DNA from: a virus
Lineage: Duplodnaviria > Caudoviricetes
Strand: one strand, 5' to 3'
Virus record (IMG/VR): IMGVR_UViG_3300037755_000147
Span: 1-48,144 of that record
Length of the DNA stretch: 48,144 nucleotides
Below the pieces are notes generated by a model. The model saw nothing but the letters and a program-made list of their open reading frames with translations, ran no database searches and had not been told where the DNA came from. Positions within the stretch are counted from its first letter, which is position 1, and the number at the start of each line of letters is the position of its first letter. This document shows positions 23,940-33,223 of this stretch, in pieces. A program made the position numbers and the translations under genes.

Positions 23940-26270
23940 TTAGGGGAGCACCTTCGGGTCAGGGATGCGCGACCGGCTGAGAATCAGTTCGTCATAGTCG
24001 GCGTAGACATCGCCGGCATGCGGTATCGTCGGGTCTTTCTTGGTCATGAAAATCAGCAGCCAGACTCGGCCAAGCCCCATGTCGGCGCGGCTGTAAGGGT
24101 GGACTGTGTCCACCACCAGTTCGCGTGCCTCGCCGTCCGCCTGCGCCCAGACCTGAACGCGGGTATTCCACACCTCGCGGCCCGACTGGCTTTCGATGTA
24201 GCTCTCGCTGTCGAAGGTCAGACCCACCTGATAGGTCGCCCACCTGTCGGTCGGGAGCGTCCAGCAGGCCTCGTAGCCGTCGCCTTCCTGGGTCGGATCA
24301 TCACCGGACCAGCAGCGGCGATCGACGCTCTCGCCCACCGGCAGGCCGGGATTGTCTTCGCTCCTGCCCAGCGTCGTGGTGATCGGCTGGGTGTCCCAGA
24401 GACGCGAGCCGCCCGGCTTGGGCCCGATGTGTGTAATGGTCTGGGTTGGCCGGCAGCGGTTGTAGGGGAAGAGGGATCGCGGATCGCCAGGGTTCGGCCC
24501 CATATTGTTGGTCGTCAGGACGAAGTGATTCGCCGTGCAGCTTGAGTTTCCGCTGTCCTCGCCGCTGTCGGAGATGATCAACATCTTGGGCTTGGTGCGG
24601 CTGCCGTCGCTGTGAAAGAACTCCGTCTCCGAAAGAGCCTGCGACATCCGCGCCCGGAACTGCACGAAGAGGCTTTCCCCCGGCCCGATCTCGAAGCCGT
24701 GGCTCTCCGCGAAGTCCACAAAGTAGAGACCCGATCCGGACTGTCCGGAGAGGTCCGGGTAGGCCATGCGGATCACGCCATCGGCAACCGTGGGGCGCTG
24801 CGCGTTGGCGTCCCAGGACACGCCTTGCGGCTGGTCCTCCGAGCCCGCCGGAATGTCGTCATCGAAGCCCTGGCAGAAGAACGCACCATCGGCGGCGCAG
24901 CGCTGGGCGAAGTCCGCGGTCGCCACGTTGAACCCGTAGCCTGGACCAATGGGGAAGCCGGCACTGGGGTCGGGCTCCACCACCGGCGGCTCCTCATCCT
25001 CGACGGGCGGGTCGTCCGGCGCGGGCTCGGCCTCGCTGGTGGTCACCTTGCACTGCACATTCAGATTGATCACCGGCGGCAGGGCGCCCTCCGGGTAGGT
25101 CAGTGGGCTGACCGTGCAGTCCAGCCGGTCCGTCGCGGGCTCGGGGTCCGGCACCGGTGGATCGTCAGGCTCGGGGTCAGGCTCCGGACCCGGTTCAACG
25201 CCGCCCATGTCCGGCAGCGCGAAGAGCCGCACGCCACGGTTCAGATCGTTGTAGGCCGCGAAGACGCCCAGATGCGGGATGTACCGCCACTTGGAATAGA
25301 TCAGCCCCGTAGCCGGGTCCGTGGTGGTCGGCACGTCGCCGGTGCCCACGAAATGCTCCAGCGTCTCGGTATCGGGATCGTAGGCCCAGACATCCGCCTC
25401 GCCATCCCAGATCACCGCCCGCCCGTCCGGCGAGCCCGTCAACCCTGCAGCATAGAGCACCAGACCGTGCCGGAACGCGGTGAACTTCCCAAAGCCCTCC
25501 ACGCCCAGCGGGCTGCATTTGATGTAGGTCGGCGTCGTATAGCAGAACTTGTCGCCAACAATGTCAGCAGCCCCCAAGCCAGCGCCCGGCGTGCCGGTGG
25601 TGCCCTTCTTCAGGATTTCGTAGCTGGCCGCGTCGATTACCGCCCACTCACCCTTCTTATTTACAACGTAGATCAGCCCGCCATGCACCGCCGCAGAGGT
25701 AAGGGCTGCGTAGCTGTCCAAGTGGGGCAGATGCGTCCATTTCCATGGCTTCGTCGAGGTGGCGACCTCATAGGCCAGGGAATGCACCGGGGAATTCTCT
25801 GCCCGGCTGAAGGGCTCAAAGCAGAAGTAGACGTACTTCGCACCCGCGACGTGTTCGACGCCGTCATAGGTGTGGCAGGAAGGCGGCCCATGGGGCGGCC
25901 AAGGGCTTTGCGAGTCCGGAGCGAAGGGATTCGGCTCGGTCAGGTCCTGCAGCGGCTCCACACGCGCCCAGGACAGGGTCCGCCAATCGAAGGCGTAGCT
26001 ATCCTGGGTGCCCGCATCCCGATGACCGCCGGGCCGGATATCCAGCCAGAGATATTCCTCGGCATTGTAGGCGAAACCAATCCAGGGGTTCACAGCCCCG
26101 GTACTGGTGCCCCGCTCAGATCCAACCTCTTCACGGGTCGGCAGGACGGGACGCATCTCCGTATTGGGGATTTCCAGCCACCGGCCAGGCTCAATCAGAG
26201 GCTGTGCATGGGCCGGCAACGCGCCGCCGCCGAGCATAAGCGCGACGGCATAGGCAAAGATCGGCCGCAT
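23940..26270 (-). CDS. Large secreted multidomain protein (776 aa)
   Basis: ATG 26270; Sec signal MRPIFAYAVALMLGGGALPAHA; beta-rich N-domain; Pro/Glu/Asp linkers; beta-sandwich-like C-domain. Confidence 0.75.
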   Translation of the reverse strand: MRPIFAYAVALMLGGGALPAHAQPLIEPGRWLEIPNTEMRPVLPTREEVGSERGTSTGAVNPWIGFAYNAEEYLWLDIRPGGHRDAGTQDSYAFDWRTLSWARVEPLQDLTEPNPFAPDSQSPWPPHGPPSCHTYDGVEHVAGAKYVYFCFEPFSRAENSPVHSLAYEVATSTKPWKWTHLPHLDSYAALTSAAVHGGLIYVVNKKGEWAVIDAASYEILKKGTTGTPGAGLGAADIVGDKFCYTTPTYIKCSPLGVEGFGKFTAFRHGLVLYAAGLTGSPDGRAVIWDGEADVWAYDPDTETLEHFVGTGDVPTTTDPATGLIYSKWRYIPHLGVFAAYNDLNRGVRLFALPDMGGVEPGPEPDPEPDDPPVPDPEPATDRLDCTVSPLTYPEGALPPVINLNVQCKVTTSEAEPAPDDPPVEDEEPPVVEPDPSAGFPIGPGYGFNVATADFAQRCAADGAFFCQGFDDDIPAGSEDQPQGVSWDANAQRPTVADGVIRMAYPDLSGQSGSGLYFVDFAESHGFEIGPGESLFVQFRARMSQALSETEFFHSDGSRTKPKMLIISDSGEDSGNSSCTANHFVLTTNNMGPNPGDPRSLFPYNRCRPTQTITHIGPKPGGSRLWDTQPITTTLGRSEDNPGLPVGESVDRRCWSGDDPTQEGDGYEACWTLPTDRWATYQVGLTFDSESYIESQSGREVWNTRVQVWAQADGEARELVVDTVHPYSRADMGLGRVWLLIFMTKKDPTIPHAGDVYADYDELILSRSRIPDPKVLP

Positions 26271-26296
26271 GATGGGCCTCCTTTCAGGGTCTCGTA

Positions 26297-26695
26297 TCAA
26301 TCTTCGGTGACGACGGGCGGGGGCGATTTCCGGGCCTCTCGACGCTTGCGCAGTTCGTCCAGGGTGTCGGCCCCCTCGCGTAGCAGCTCGATGGTGGCAA
26401 GGGACGGATAGGCCCGCTCCAGGAAGTCCAGGCAAACGCTGATGCGCCGCTGCGCCTCGGTCATGTCCTCATCGAACTTGGCCACCCGGGCCCAGTCCTT
26501 GCAGGAGGCAATCACCTCGTTTTCAAAGGCGTAGAGTTCGCGCCGGACTTCCTGGCGCCGGCCGTGGTTCTCGGCAACGTAGGCCGCGCCGTCCACAATC
26601 GTAAGCTGACGGGCCGTGGCGAGGTCGCCAGCCGTGCAGCCGGTCAGAAACAGGCCAAAGAGGACGGCGGCGCAGGCCATAGCGGGGATTCGCAT
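26297..26695 (-). CDS. Lipoprotein (possible spanin component)
   Basis: ATG 26695; lipobox LTGC; in the lysis cassette. Confidence 0.6.
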   Translation of the reverse strand: MRIPAMACAAVLFGLFLTGCTAGDLATARQLTIVDGAAYVAENHGRRQEVRRELYAFENEVIASCKDWARVAKFDEDMTEAQRRISVCLDFLERAYPSLATIELLREGADTLDELRKRREARKSPPPVVTED

Positions 26696-26705
26696 GGGGT
26701 TACTC

Positions 26706-26873
26706 CTAGGCGGTTGCGTTGGGAACCGCCCAGACACCGGCGGCGGTCAGGAAGGGGATCAGCACGTTCATGACGGCTTCGGCGTCATAGGCCACGCTGA
26801 TATTGAAGAACTGGTCCAGGGCGATAAGCACGGCGCCGATAAGTGCGACCAGCAGTTTGCTATAAGCTTGCAT
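26706..26873 (-). CDS. Putative holin (55 aa, 2 TM)
   Basis: MQAYSKLLVALIGAVLIAL...LIPFLTAAGVWAVPNATA; below ORF-track cutoff; next to the endolysin. Confidence 0.65.
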   Translation of the reverse strand: MQAYSKLLVALIGAVLIALDQFFNISVAYDAEAVMNVLIPFLTAAGVWAVPNATA

Positions 26874-27040
26874 TTGCTTGATTCCTTCAGTGGTGGTGGT
26901 AAGGTTGTGGAGGTGCGGCGGCGCTTAGGCGCGGTGAGGATTGCCTGCCTGGAGCCGAGCAAGTAAATGCCGCCTTCCTGAGACAGCGGTGCGTAAAACG
27001 GCGCGTGAGAGATGTGCTCCTCGCCGCACCTACTTCCCTC

Positions 27041-27056
27041 TTTTTCACGTGAAACG
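27041..27056. other. parS-like palindrome
   Basis: TTTTTCACGTGAAACG, 14/16 to TGTTTCACGTGAAACA; intergenic. Confidence 0.55.
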
Positions 27057-27057
27057 G

Positions 27058-27474
27058 TCAGGCGCGAAGAACGGCGGCTATCCGCCCAGCCCTAGCCGGA
27101 GTCTGCACCGCCCAGGTGCTGTCCAGGGCCTCGCTGGCGGCCTTCTCCCACTCCCCGGCCTGGAGGGCGGCCAGCATCTTCCTGAAACCCAGCAAGCCGC
27201 CCACACCTAGCTGGAAGGCTAGATTGGCCAAGGCCCGCTGCTTGGGCTCCGGCAGGCCGCTCCACCAGGGAATGTGCCTGTCCAGTTCCTTGGCGATCCG
27301 GGCAATATCGTTGCTCAGCAGGTAGGCGGCTTCGTCCTCGGTAATGCCGCCTCCGCGCCGCTTGTCAATCAGCCGACCGATTCCGATGGTCCAGTAAGAT
27401 TCGCTATCCTGATAGGCATGCAGGACGCAGCCTTCGTCCCTGGCCAGCTCAGCCTTGAGAATGTCGATGTCCAT
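27058..27474 (-). CDS. Endolysin, T4-like lysozyme (GH24)
   Basis: ATG 27474; DEG...YQDSESYWTIGIGR, LAFQLGVGGLLGFRKML, SxWAxQTPxRA. Confidence 0.93.
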   Translation of the reverse strand: MDIDILKAELARDEGCVLHAYQDSESYWTIGIGRLIDKRRGGGITEDEAAYLLSNDIARIAKELDRHIPWWSGLPEPKQRALANLAFQLGVGGLLGFRKMLAALQAGEWEKAASEALDSTWAVQTPARAGRIAAVLRA

Positions 27475-27845
27475 CACCCCGCCACCCCCGTGGCCCGCAG
27501 CCATTGGATCAGCGCGAAGCCAGCCACGCCGGCCAGAGCACCCAGCAGGCTGCCCAATGCCCAGACCATTGTCTTCATGCGCCAGCCCCAGGCGCTGTTC
27601 TCCCGCTGGTGTCCTTCATCCTTGACGATGTCGATCCTGTCGTGCAGCTTTGAAATGGCACCGGTGGTCTGGACAAAGCCGACCCGGATTTCATCCCGCA
27701 ACGAGGTCAGGCCGGTTCCCACCTCGGAACGGAAGTCCTGGCGGTCGCGCTTGTCCTCCCGGCGATCATCGGCATAGCCCGCCTCGTTCCGGGCCACCCG
27801 TTCAGCAAGCTGCCGGATCATTTCCAGCATCAGGCTTTCGCTCAT
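27474..27845 (-). CDS. Coiled-coil protein with C-terminal TM (lysis-associated)
   Basis: ATG 27845; C-terminal hydrophobic helix; coupled to the endolysin. Confidence 0.6.
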   Translation of the reverse strand: MSESLMLEMIRQLAERVARNEAGYADDRREDKRDRQDFRSEVGTGLTSLRDEIRVGFVQTTGAISKLHDRIDIVKDEGHQRENSAWGWRMKTMVWALGSLLGALAGVAGFALIQWLRATGVAG

Positions 27846-27919
27846 CGGGTCCTCTCGATCCCGGCCGTTGGCCGCGTGATCCATGTCGTCGGCCCGGCTC
27901 TTCCCCTGCCCGGCCATAG

Positions 27920-28351
27920 TCAGGATTCCGAGCCTGGGAGGACCGCGATACTGGTTCTCCACCCTTCGCCGGAGGCCACAAGGCAGGTTAGGCCTTGGGG
28001 GTCGGTGATAATCAGGGACCAGGTGGCGCCGTCGCCGGTGGCCAGCACCTCGATCAGGTTGCCACCGCTGGTCACACCGAGAGCAACCGGGGCTTCCCTG
28101 TACTTTTCGGCAAATCCCCTCAGCACATTGCCTCGCTGGTCGCACTGCGGGGCGGCCAGGGCCGGCTCAACGCCAACGGCGAGCCAGATAATCAATGCGG
28201 CCGGAAATCCCTTTTTTGACACGTCCAAGCCACAGCAGAAATCGCGCCGCCAGAACAATGCCTTGCAGCGCCGCGCGCAAAAAGGGGTAGAAAGCCTAGC
28301 CGCTATTTCAATAGCCCATACGAGCATCGAGGTAAAAAATGGCCGTGTCAT
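27920..28351 (-). CDS. Exported protein of an alphaproteobacterial type
   Basis: C..R..L..KY.E...G...EV...TWS...G.TCLVASGEGW pattern; true start may be downstream. Confidence 0.65.
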   Translation of the reverse strand: MTRPFFTSMLVWAIEIAARLSTPFCARRCKALFWRRDFCCGLDVSKKGFPAALIIWLAVGVEPALAAPQCDQRGNVLRGFAEKYREAPVALGVTSGGNLIEVLATGDGATWSLIITDPQGLTCLVASGEGWRTSIAVLPGSES

Positions 28352-28491
28352 GCCCCTACTCCTTCTTAGTGGGGGTTATGGAAGTCCTGCCGGCCCCTGC
28401 TTTCGTAGGGCGGGGTCGGCGGGCACTCGTTTTGAGGTTGTAGTCAGGCGGTCGCGGCTGGCAGGATTGGCGCCTCGAATCGGAGGAAAGA

Positions 28492-28677
28492 ATGGAAACC
28501 GCCGCCTTTGTCGTGCTTTGCTTTATCGCCCTTGAACTCCTGGTCCTGATCGGGATCGGCCTTACGCTGATAATCAGCACGGATGTCCTGGCCCAAGGCC
28601 TCGGCTTGGAAAGCGGCGCAGAGCAAAAGCCGCCGTTCCCCTATAAATGGGTAAAGGGCAGCAAACCTAGTATTTGA
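28492..28677 (+). CDS. Small membrane protein (antisense moron 1)
   Basis: GGAGGA RBS; 61 aa with a hydrophobic N-terminal half. Confidence 0.6.
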   Translation: METAAFVVLCFIALELLVLIGIGLTLIISTDVLAQGLGLESGAEQKPPFPYKWVKGSKPSI

Positions 28678-29512
28678 TCTGATGGTAAACGCCCGTGTAG
28701 GGCGGCAGGTTGTCGTGGGCCTCTCCAGAGCCCATCGGAGAGGTGCGGGAAACTGTAGCTTCGGTTGCCGACCCGGCAAGACCGTAAGAGCGGCTGGCAC
28801 CGGAGTCGTTCATCTTGGCCATTTGATTGGTGCTGTTGACGGTCGGCAGGGAGGAGTTTGTGACGTTCAGCTCCACATTGGCTGCCGTGAACAGCCGCGC
28901 TGTGGGGAGCTGCGCCTGGGTCAGCGCTACGGTCGCCGCACCGCCCGTCTCACCAGCCGCGTAGGCGCTGCCGGCACCGATTCCCACGCGGTCCCGCCGG
29001 TTCGGAATGACGATTGTCTTGTTGGCCGTCCAATCCGCCGCCGCAGAGGCCCCGCGCCCGCTCGACACGGCCGCGTAGGTATCGCTGACATAGGTCCAGA
29101 GGTGAACAAACAGGTCTTCATGGTCGTCACTGGCCTGGGTCGCGGCAGAAGCGGCGCTTCCCAGGGTGTCGCCGTCCATCATAAGCCAGCCGGTATCGGG
29201 CGTGCTGCGGAACGTCTCCCGCTGAGTGCCGACAGGGATAGACGCCGCGATCTCGGTCGTGATCGACGGGATTGCCCCGTCCTTGATCAGCAGGCCATCG
29301 ACGGTCACACCCTCGTCGGCGGTGCTTTCCGCGATGTTATCCACCTTGAACAGCGTGCCAACACCAAAGTCAGGATTGGCGAGAACCGCCAGGACGGCCC
29401 GCAGCGCGTCGTTGAGCTGAGCCGCCGTCGAGCCCTCGGCTATGTTAATTCCGCCTACCGTTGCATTCGAAGCCGCGGTCGTGCTGAAATCCTTTGGCGC
29501 GAGGTCGGCCAT
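28667..29512 (-). CDS. Tail fibre protein with tail-collar-like domain
   Basis: ATG 29512; IPVG...GWLMMDG...LF...PNRRDR...GETGG...HDNLPPY. Confidence 0.8.
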   Translation of the reverse strand: MADLAPKDFSTTAASNATVGGINIAEGSTAAQLNDALRAVLAVLANPDFGVGTLFKVDNIAESTADEGVTVDGLLIKDGAIPSITTEIAASIPVGTQRETFRSTPDTGWLMMDGDTLGSAASAATQASDDHEDLFVHLWTYVSDTYAAVSSGRGASAAADWTANKTIVIPNRRDRVGIGAGSAYAAGETGGAATVALTQAQLPTARLFTAANVELNVTNSSLPTVNSTNQMAKMNDSGASRSYGLAGSATEATVSRTSPMGSGEAHDNLPPYTGVYHQIKY

Positions 29513-29580
29513 TCCAGGTACTCCAAATCTGACGTTAATTTTCCATGGCAAATGCCGCCGGAAGACGGCACAGTCGGCCA

Positions 29581-29718
29581 ATGATTGGATGGTTCGCGGT
29601 CGCAGCCCTCGCGGTAGGGCTGATTTACTGGCAGGAAGGGTTTTTCACCGTCCTGCGGGTAACTGTCTTTGCCTTCATGGCCGGGATTGCCGGCGGAGCC
29701 CTCGGAGGCTGGTTATAG
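29581..29718 (+). CDS. Small 2-TM protein (antisense moron 2; superinfection-exclusion candidate)
   Basis: MIGWFAVAALAVGLIYWQEGFFTVLRVTVFAFMAGIAGGALGGWL; below ORF-track cutoff. Confidence 0.6.
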   Translation: MIGWFAVAALAVGLIYWQEGFFTVLRVTVFAFMAGIAGGALGGWL

Positions 29719-31092
29719 GATGTTCGGGTCCAGGTAGACGGTAGAGCCGTCCGGCATGGTCACGGGGGTTCCCTGCTGGCGATCTGGCGTTTTTATCCCA
29801 GTGCCCAGCACCGGCCCGGCGCCGCGCTTGGTCAGGGCATTCTCCAGCAACTTCATGATGACCGGGTTTTGCGGAACTCGTCCAGTGGCGGCCATGGCGC
29901 GGACAGTAAGGGCCTTATCCATGGTCACGCGCTCAGCCTGCGCACCGGCCCAGGCGCCCAGCATGGGAACCAACGCGGCGCCCGCCGGGCCACCAGCCGC
30001 AGCGCCACCGGCCGTTCCGATGGTGCCGCCCAGCATATTGTTTCCCTTCAGCCCGAAGCCGTATTTCCCGATCAGCTTGTAGAGGTTTGCCCCCTTACCC
30101 ATAGCGATTTCTTCAATGGCCTGCTGCTCTGCTGGGCTGAACGACCTAAGCCGCTCCTTGTTCTTGAAGAGAGACCGAAACCCGCTGCGTAGCCCATTTT
30201 CAAAGCCGCTGGCCGCCACATTGGCGTCGCCGATTATGCCCTCGATTTCTTCCGACTTGCTGGCCTTGGTCCACAGGGAGCGGAACTTGGCGAGATTCTT
30301 CCCGACATTGTCCGCCTTGCCCGCGATAAGGTCGTCCGGCGTGAGAGCGTCAATAAACCTGTCGTATTCGGCGATCATCTTCCGGACAAGCTCACGATCT
30401 TGCCCGCGCGCGCCCTCGCGAGCCGCCTGCAAAACCTGCCTTTGGCGGATGACCCCCTCCACAGAAGGCGCCCCGCCCAGATACCGGCGCGCACTCTTGA
30501 TCGCGGCAATGGTCTTGTCGTGAACGCCTGGTGTGGCCAATGCGTCATCGGCCACCTTCACGATATTCGAGACAAGCCTGTTTTGCGCCTCAGGCTTGAT
30601 AACGACGCCGGTTTCCTTGGCCAGGCTTTGGAAGGAAAGCGCCGAACGCTTCAAGTCTTCCGTTTCCGGTGCGGTTTCTCGCAACCGCGAGGCGGTCATC
30701 GGCGCCTTCATATCCGGCCACCGCTTTTGTGTCGCCGGAGCCAGCCAGTCCAGGGTAAAGCGCGTGGCGTCCTCTGGCTCGTAGGAACCCCCCTTGGCCA
30801 CATGACCCGGCAAAAGGGCGCTTTCCAGCATGTCCTTGAGAAACTGCGGGGTTGCGACAGTGAAGTCTCCGCCCTGCGTCTCGCCAACCGGCAGCAGGGT
30901 GCCGCGCTCGGCAAGATCCTCGAAGCCGTAGACATCCTGGGAGCGCTCCTGCAGCGTCATGGGACGGTTCTGGGGCGGGGATACTGCGGCGGGTGGCGCG
31001 GTAATACCAAACTCGCGGTCGGTCAGCGCGCGGGACGCCGGGTTCTGCGATGGGGGAATGCCGAACTCTTCGTCAGTCAATGGCCCTGCCAT
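29713..31092 (-). CDS. DNA ejection / internal virion protein
   Basis: ATG 31092; helical, Gly/Ala-rich C-terminal segment; last of the ejection cluster. Confidence 0.6.
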   Translation of the reverse strand: MAGPLTDEEFGIPPSQNPASRALTDREFGITAPPAAVSPPQNRPMTLQERSQDVYGFEDLAERGTLLPVGETQGGDFTVATPQFLKDMLESALLPGHVAKGGSYEPEDATRFTLDWLAPATQKRWPDMKAPMTASRLRETAPETEDLKRSALSFQSLAKETGVVIKPEAQNRLVSNIVKVADDALATPGVHDKTIAAIKSARRYLGGAPSVEGVIRQRQVLQAAREGARGQDRELVRKMIAEYDRFIDALTPDDLIAGKADNVGKNLAKFRSLWTKASKSEEIEGIIGDANVAASGFENGLRSGFRSLFKNKERLRSFSPAEQQAIEEIAMGKGANLYKLIGKYGFGLKGNNMLGGTIGTAGGAAAGGPAGAALVPMLGAWAGAQAERVTMDKALTVRAMAATGRVPQNPVIMKLLENALTKRGAGPVLGTGIKTPDRQQGTPVTMPDGSTVYLDPNIL

Positions 31093-32408
31093 TATTGCGC
31101 GCGCCCCGTCTCCAGGTCGCCCTCCATGATCCACCCTTCGGCAGTCCACATGCCGCGCCCGTTAGGTCCGGTATACCAACTGCCGATGGTGCGCTCCGCC
31201 GGAGGCGGAATCTGCGCAGCCTTCGGCGCTTCCGGGATATCCGGCATTTCAACATCGAGGATGAACTCACCTTCCCCGGGACGCATCTTACGAACCCTTC
31301 CCGCGTAGTCGTTGTATTGCTTGATTTGGTAGCGCGCGACCTTGTTGTTGATGTCGAGAATCCGGCGCATAGACTTCTCGGTCATAGCGATGTCGCCGCC
31401 GGCTGCCTTTGACGCAAACTCGCGATCCGCATCGGTGATGCCAGCGCCTGCACCGAAGTTTTTGACCATCAAGGCCACGGCTTTGGCGCGGTTGGAGAAG
31501 TAGGCTTCAGTCGCCGCCACGGGGTCAGAGGTGTCGAACCCAGCCTGCTCGGCAAGCTTTGCCGCCTGAAGCCTCCAATCCGCCCCGGGACCGCTGATGA
31601 TACCCTGATCGAGGATGCCCAGCGCTTCCTGGTTCCCCTGGAGAGTCGCAACCGCGTCCTGCGCCTTACCCTCAAGTTCTGACAGGCGGCTAACTGTGGA
31701 CTTAGCGAACTCCTCCCCGAATTTATCGCCGCCGCCAACACTAATGGTCTGGTTGTTGCGCCCGACCCGCCGCAACTCCAACTCCGCCACCAGCCAGCCC
31801 GGATCGGCCTCCAGATTGCCGTCTTCACCACGGCGATAACCCGCAGGGGGCTTCTCGGGCGGCTTCTCATCCCCCGGCAATACCCGCTCCTTGGTATCCT
31901 CGTAGTAGTTGAAGCCGTCCGCGCCCTGAATGATGCGGCGCTGCTCAGGCTTGCGGTTGAACCGGTCCATGAGGATGGATGCGCCCTGCTCAGGCCCCAT
32001 GGCGGCCAGGAGAGGCGCCATGCCCTGCGGCAGGCCCGCCAGCATGGGATTGCCCTGTGGCCCTCCAGGGGCCGCCTGAGGCCCCATGCCGCCCATGCCT
32101 GGATCCGCCGAAGCGATCTGAGGCGCGGCGGCGCCCGCTGCGGGGCTCATGCCCGCCATATCGGGTTGCGGAGTGCCCCCCGCACCAAACATGCCAGCCC
32201 AGGCCTGCTCTAGCCGCTGCTGGCGCTCATAGGCTTGCTGCTCACGCTTTTCCTGGGCGCTCAGCTTATCCGCCTGGCTGCCATAGACCAGCCCTTGCGC
32301 GGCGGCCTGGAAAGGATTGGTTTGCCCGCGCCCGAAGCCCGAGCCCATGAGGCCAAGGCCAACCTGCATAAGCTGGTTCTGACTGATGTCAGGCCATTCA
32401 AACGGCAT
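31092..32408 (-). CDS. DNA ejection / internal virion protein
   Basis: Gly/Gln/Met-rich N-terminus, GITDADREF motif; P22 gp20-like position. Confidence 0.6.
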   Translation of the reverse strand: MPFEWPDISQNQLMQVGLGLMGSGFGRGQTNPFQAAAQGLVYGSQADKLSAQEKREQQAYERQQRLEQAWAGMFGAGGTPQPDMAGMSPAAGAAAPQIASADPGMGGMGPQAAPGGPQGNPMLAGLPQGMAPLLAAMGPEQGASILMDRFNRKPEQRRIIQGADGFNYYEDTKERVLPGDEKPPEKPPAGYRRGEDGNLEADPGWLVAELELRRVGRNNQTISVGGGDKFGEEFAKSTVSRLSELEGKAQDAVATLQGNQEALGILDQGIISGPGADWRLQAAKLAEQAGFDTSDPVAATEAYFSNRAKAVALMVKNFGAGAGITDADREFASKAAGGDIAMTEKSMRRILDINNKVARYQIKQYNDYAGRVRKMRPGEGEFILDVEMPDIPEAPKAAQIPPPAERTIGSWYTGPNGRGMWTAEGWIMEGDLETGRAQ

Positions 32409-32417
32409 ATCAGTCTC

Positions 32418-33191
32418 CTACGACGCAAAGAGGCTTGCGATCATGGCGGCCGCGCCGGCACCCTGGGCCGCCGTCGTGCCCCAGCCCCCGCCCTGGCTCG
32501 GCCCCGTCGAGGTCGAGGTAGCATAGGCGGGCGTCTGGGTAATCAGGCTGGTGTAGTTCTGGAGCGCCCGCTGGCGCTGCTCGGCTTCCAACTGGGCGCG
32601 CTGGTCCTGCATGCCACCGACCTGCCCGAGGCGATCCGTGCCGGCATAGCCCGCCTCTTCCATGCTGGGCGCCAGCGCGATGGCCTGCTGCTGCCGGGTG
32701 CGCTCATCCCCGTAATTCTGATAGGCCGCCTGGGTGGCCGCCCCGGAGAGATTTCTGGCCAGCGTGTCCTCGCCCCGGTTGCGCGCCGAGGCAAAGGCCC
32801 CCGAGCCCAATGCCCCTGCCCCGCCCTGCATGGCCATGGTCGAGGCTATCCCAGGCGCCACCTGCTCGTTCCAGGAGTCGATTACCGGCTGCTGGCCATA
32901 CTTGATGGCATCCTGAAGATAGGGATTGGAGCCGCTCAAGTAGTCGCCTTGAATCGTGCTGCCCAACTGCCCGGCGGCTTGGTCGTTCAGCCCGTAGCCG
33001 CCCCCCGCCGCGCGGTCAGCGGTCATCTGCTGGGCCTGCGTGGTATAGGGAGACTGTTCCCCAAGGGCGCCCAGATCACCCGCGTTGTAGAGCGTCGTCG
33101 CCTGGGAATAGATGTTCTTCAAGGGGCCTTGCTGGGCCGCCCAGGGCTCGTTGCTTTGTGTGGTCGTGTCCGACCCGCCACCGCCAGTCAT
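32418..33191 (-). CDS. DNA ejection/pilot protein (P22 gp7-like position)
   Basis: GGGGSDTTTQ...PW, NPYL, Gln/Ala-rich. Confidence 0.65.
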   Translation of the reverse strand: MTGGGGSDTTTQSNEPWAAQQGPLKNIYSQATTLYNAGDLGALGEQSPYTTQAQQMTADRAAGGGYGLNDQAAGQLGSTIQGDYLSGSNPYLQDAIKYGQQPVIDSWNEQVAPGIASTMAMQGGAGALGSGAFASARNRGEDTLARNLSGAATQAAYQNYGDERTRQQQAIALAPSMEEAGYAGTDRLGQVGGMQDQRAQLEAEQRQRALQNYTSLITQTPAYATSTSTGPSQGGGWGTTAAQGAGAAAMIASLFAS

Positions 33192-33223
33192 AGCTACCTC
33201 CAGCCCTGATGATCATACATAGT

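Noticed and set aside
24612-26411. 599-aa plus-strand ORF (likewise 43740-45299 and other long antisense ORFs)
   Set aside because: Shadows of well-supported minus-strand genes
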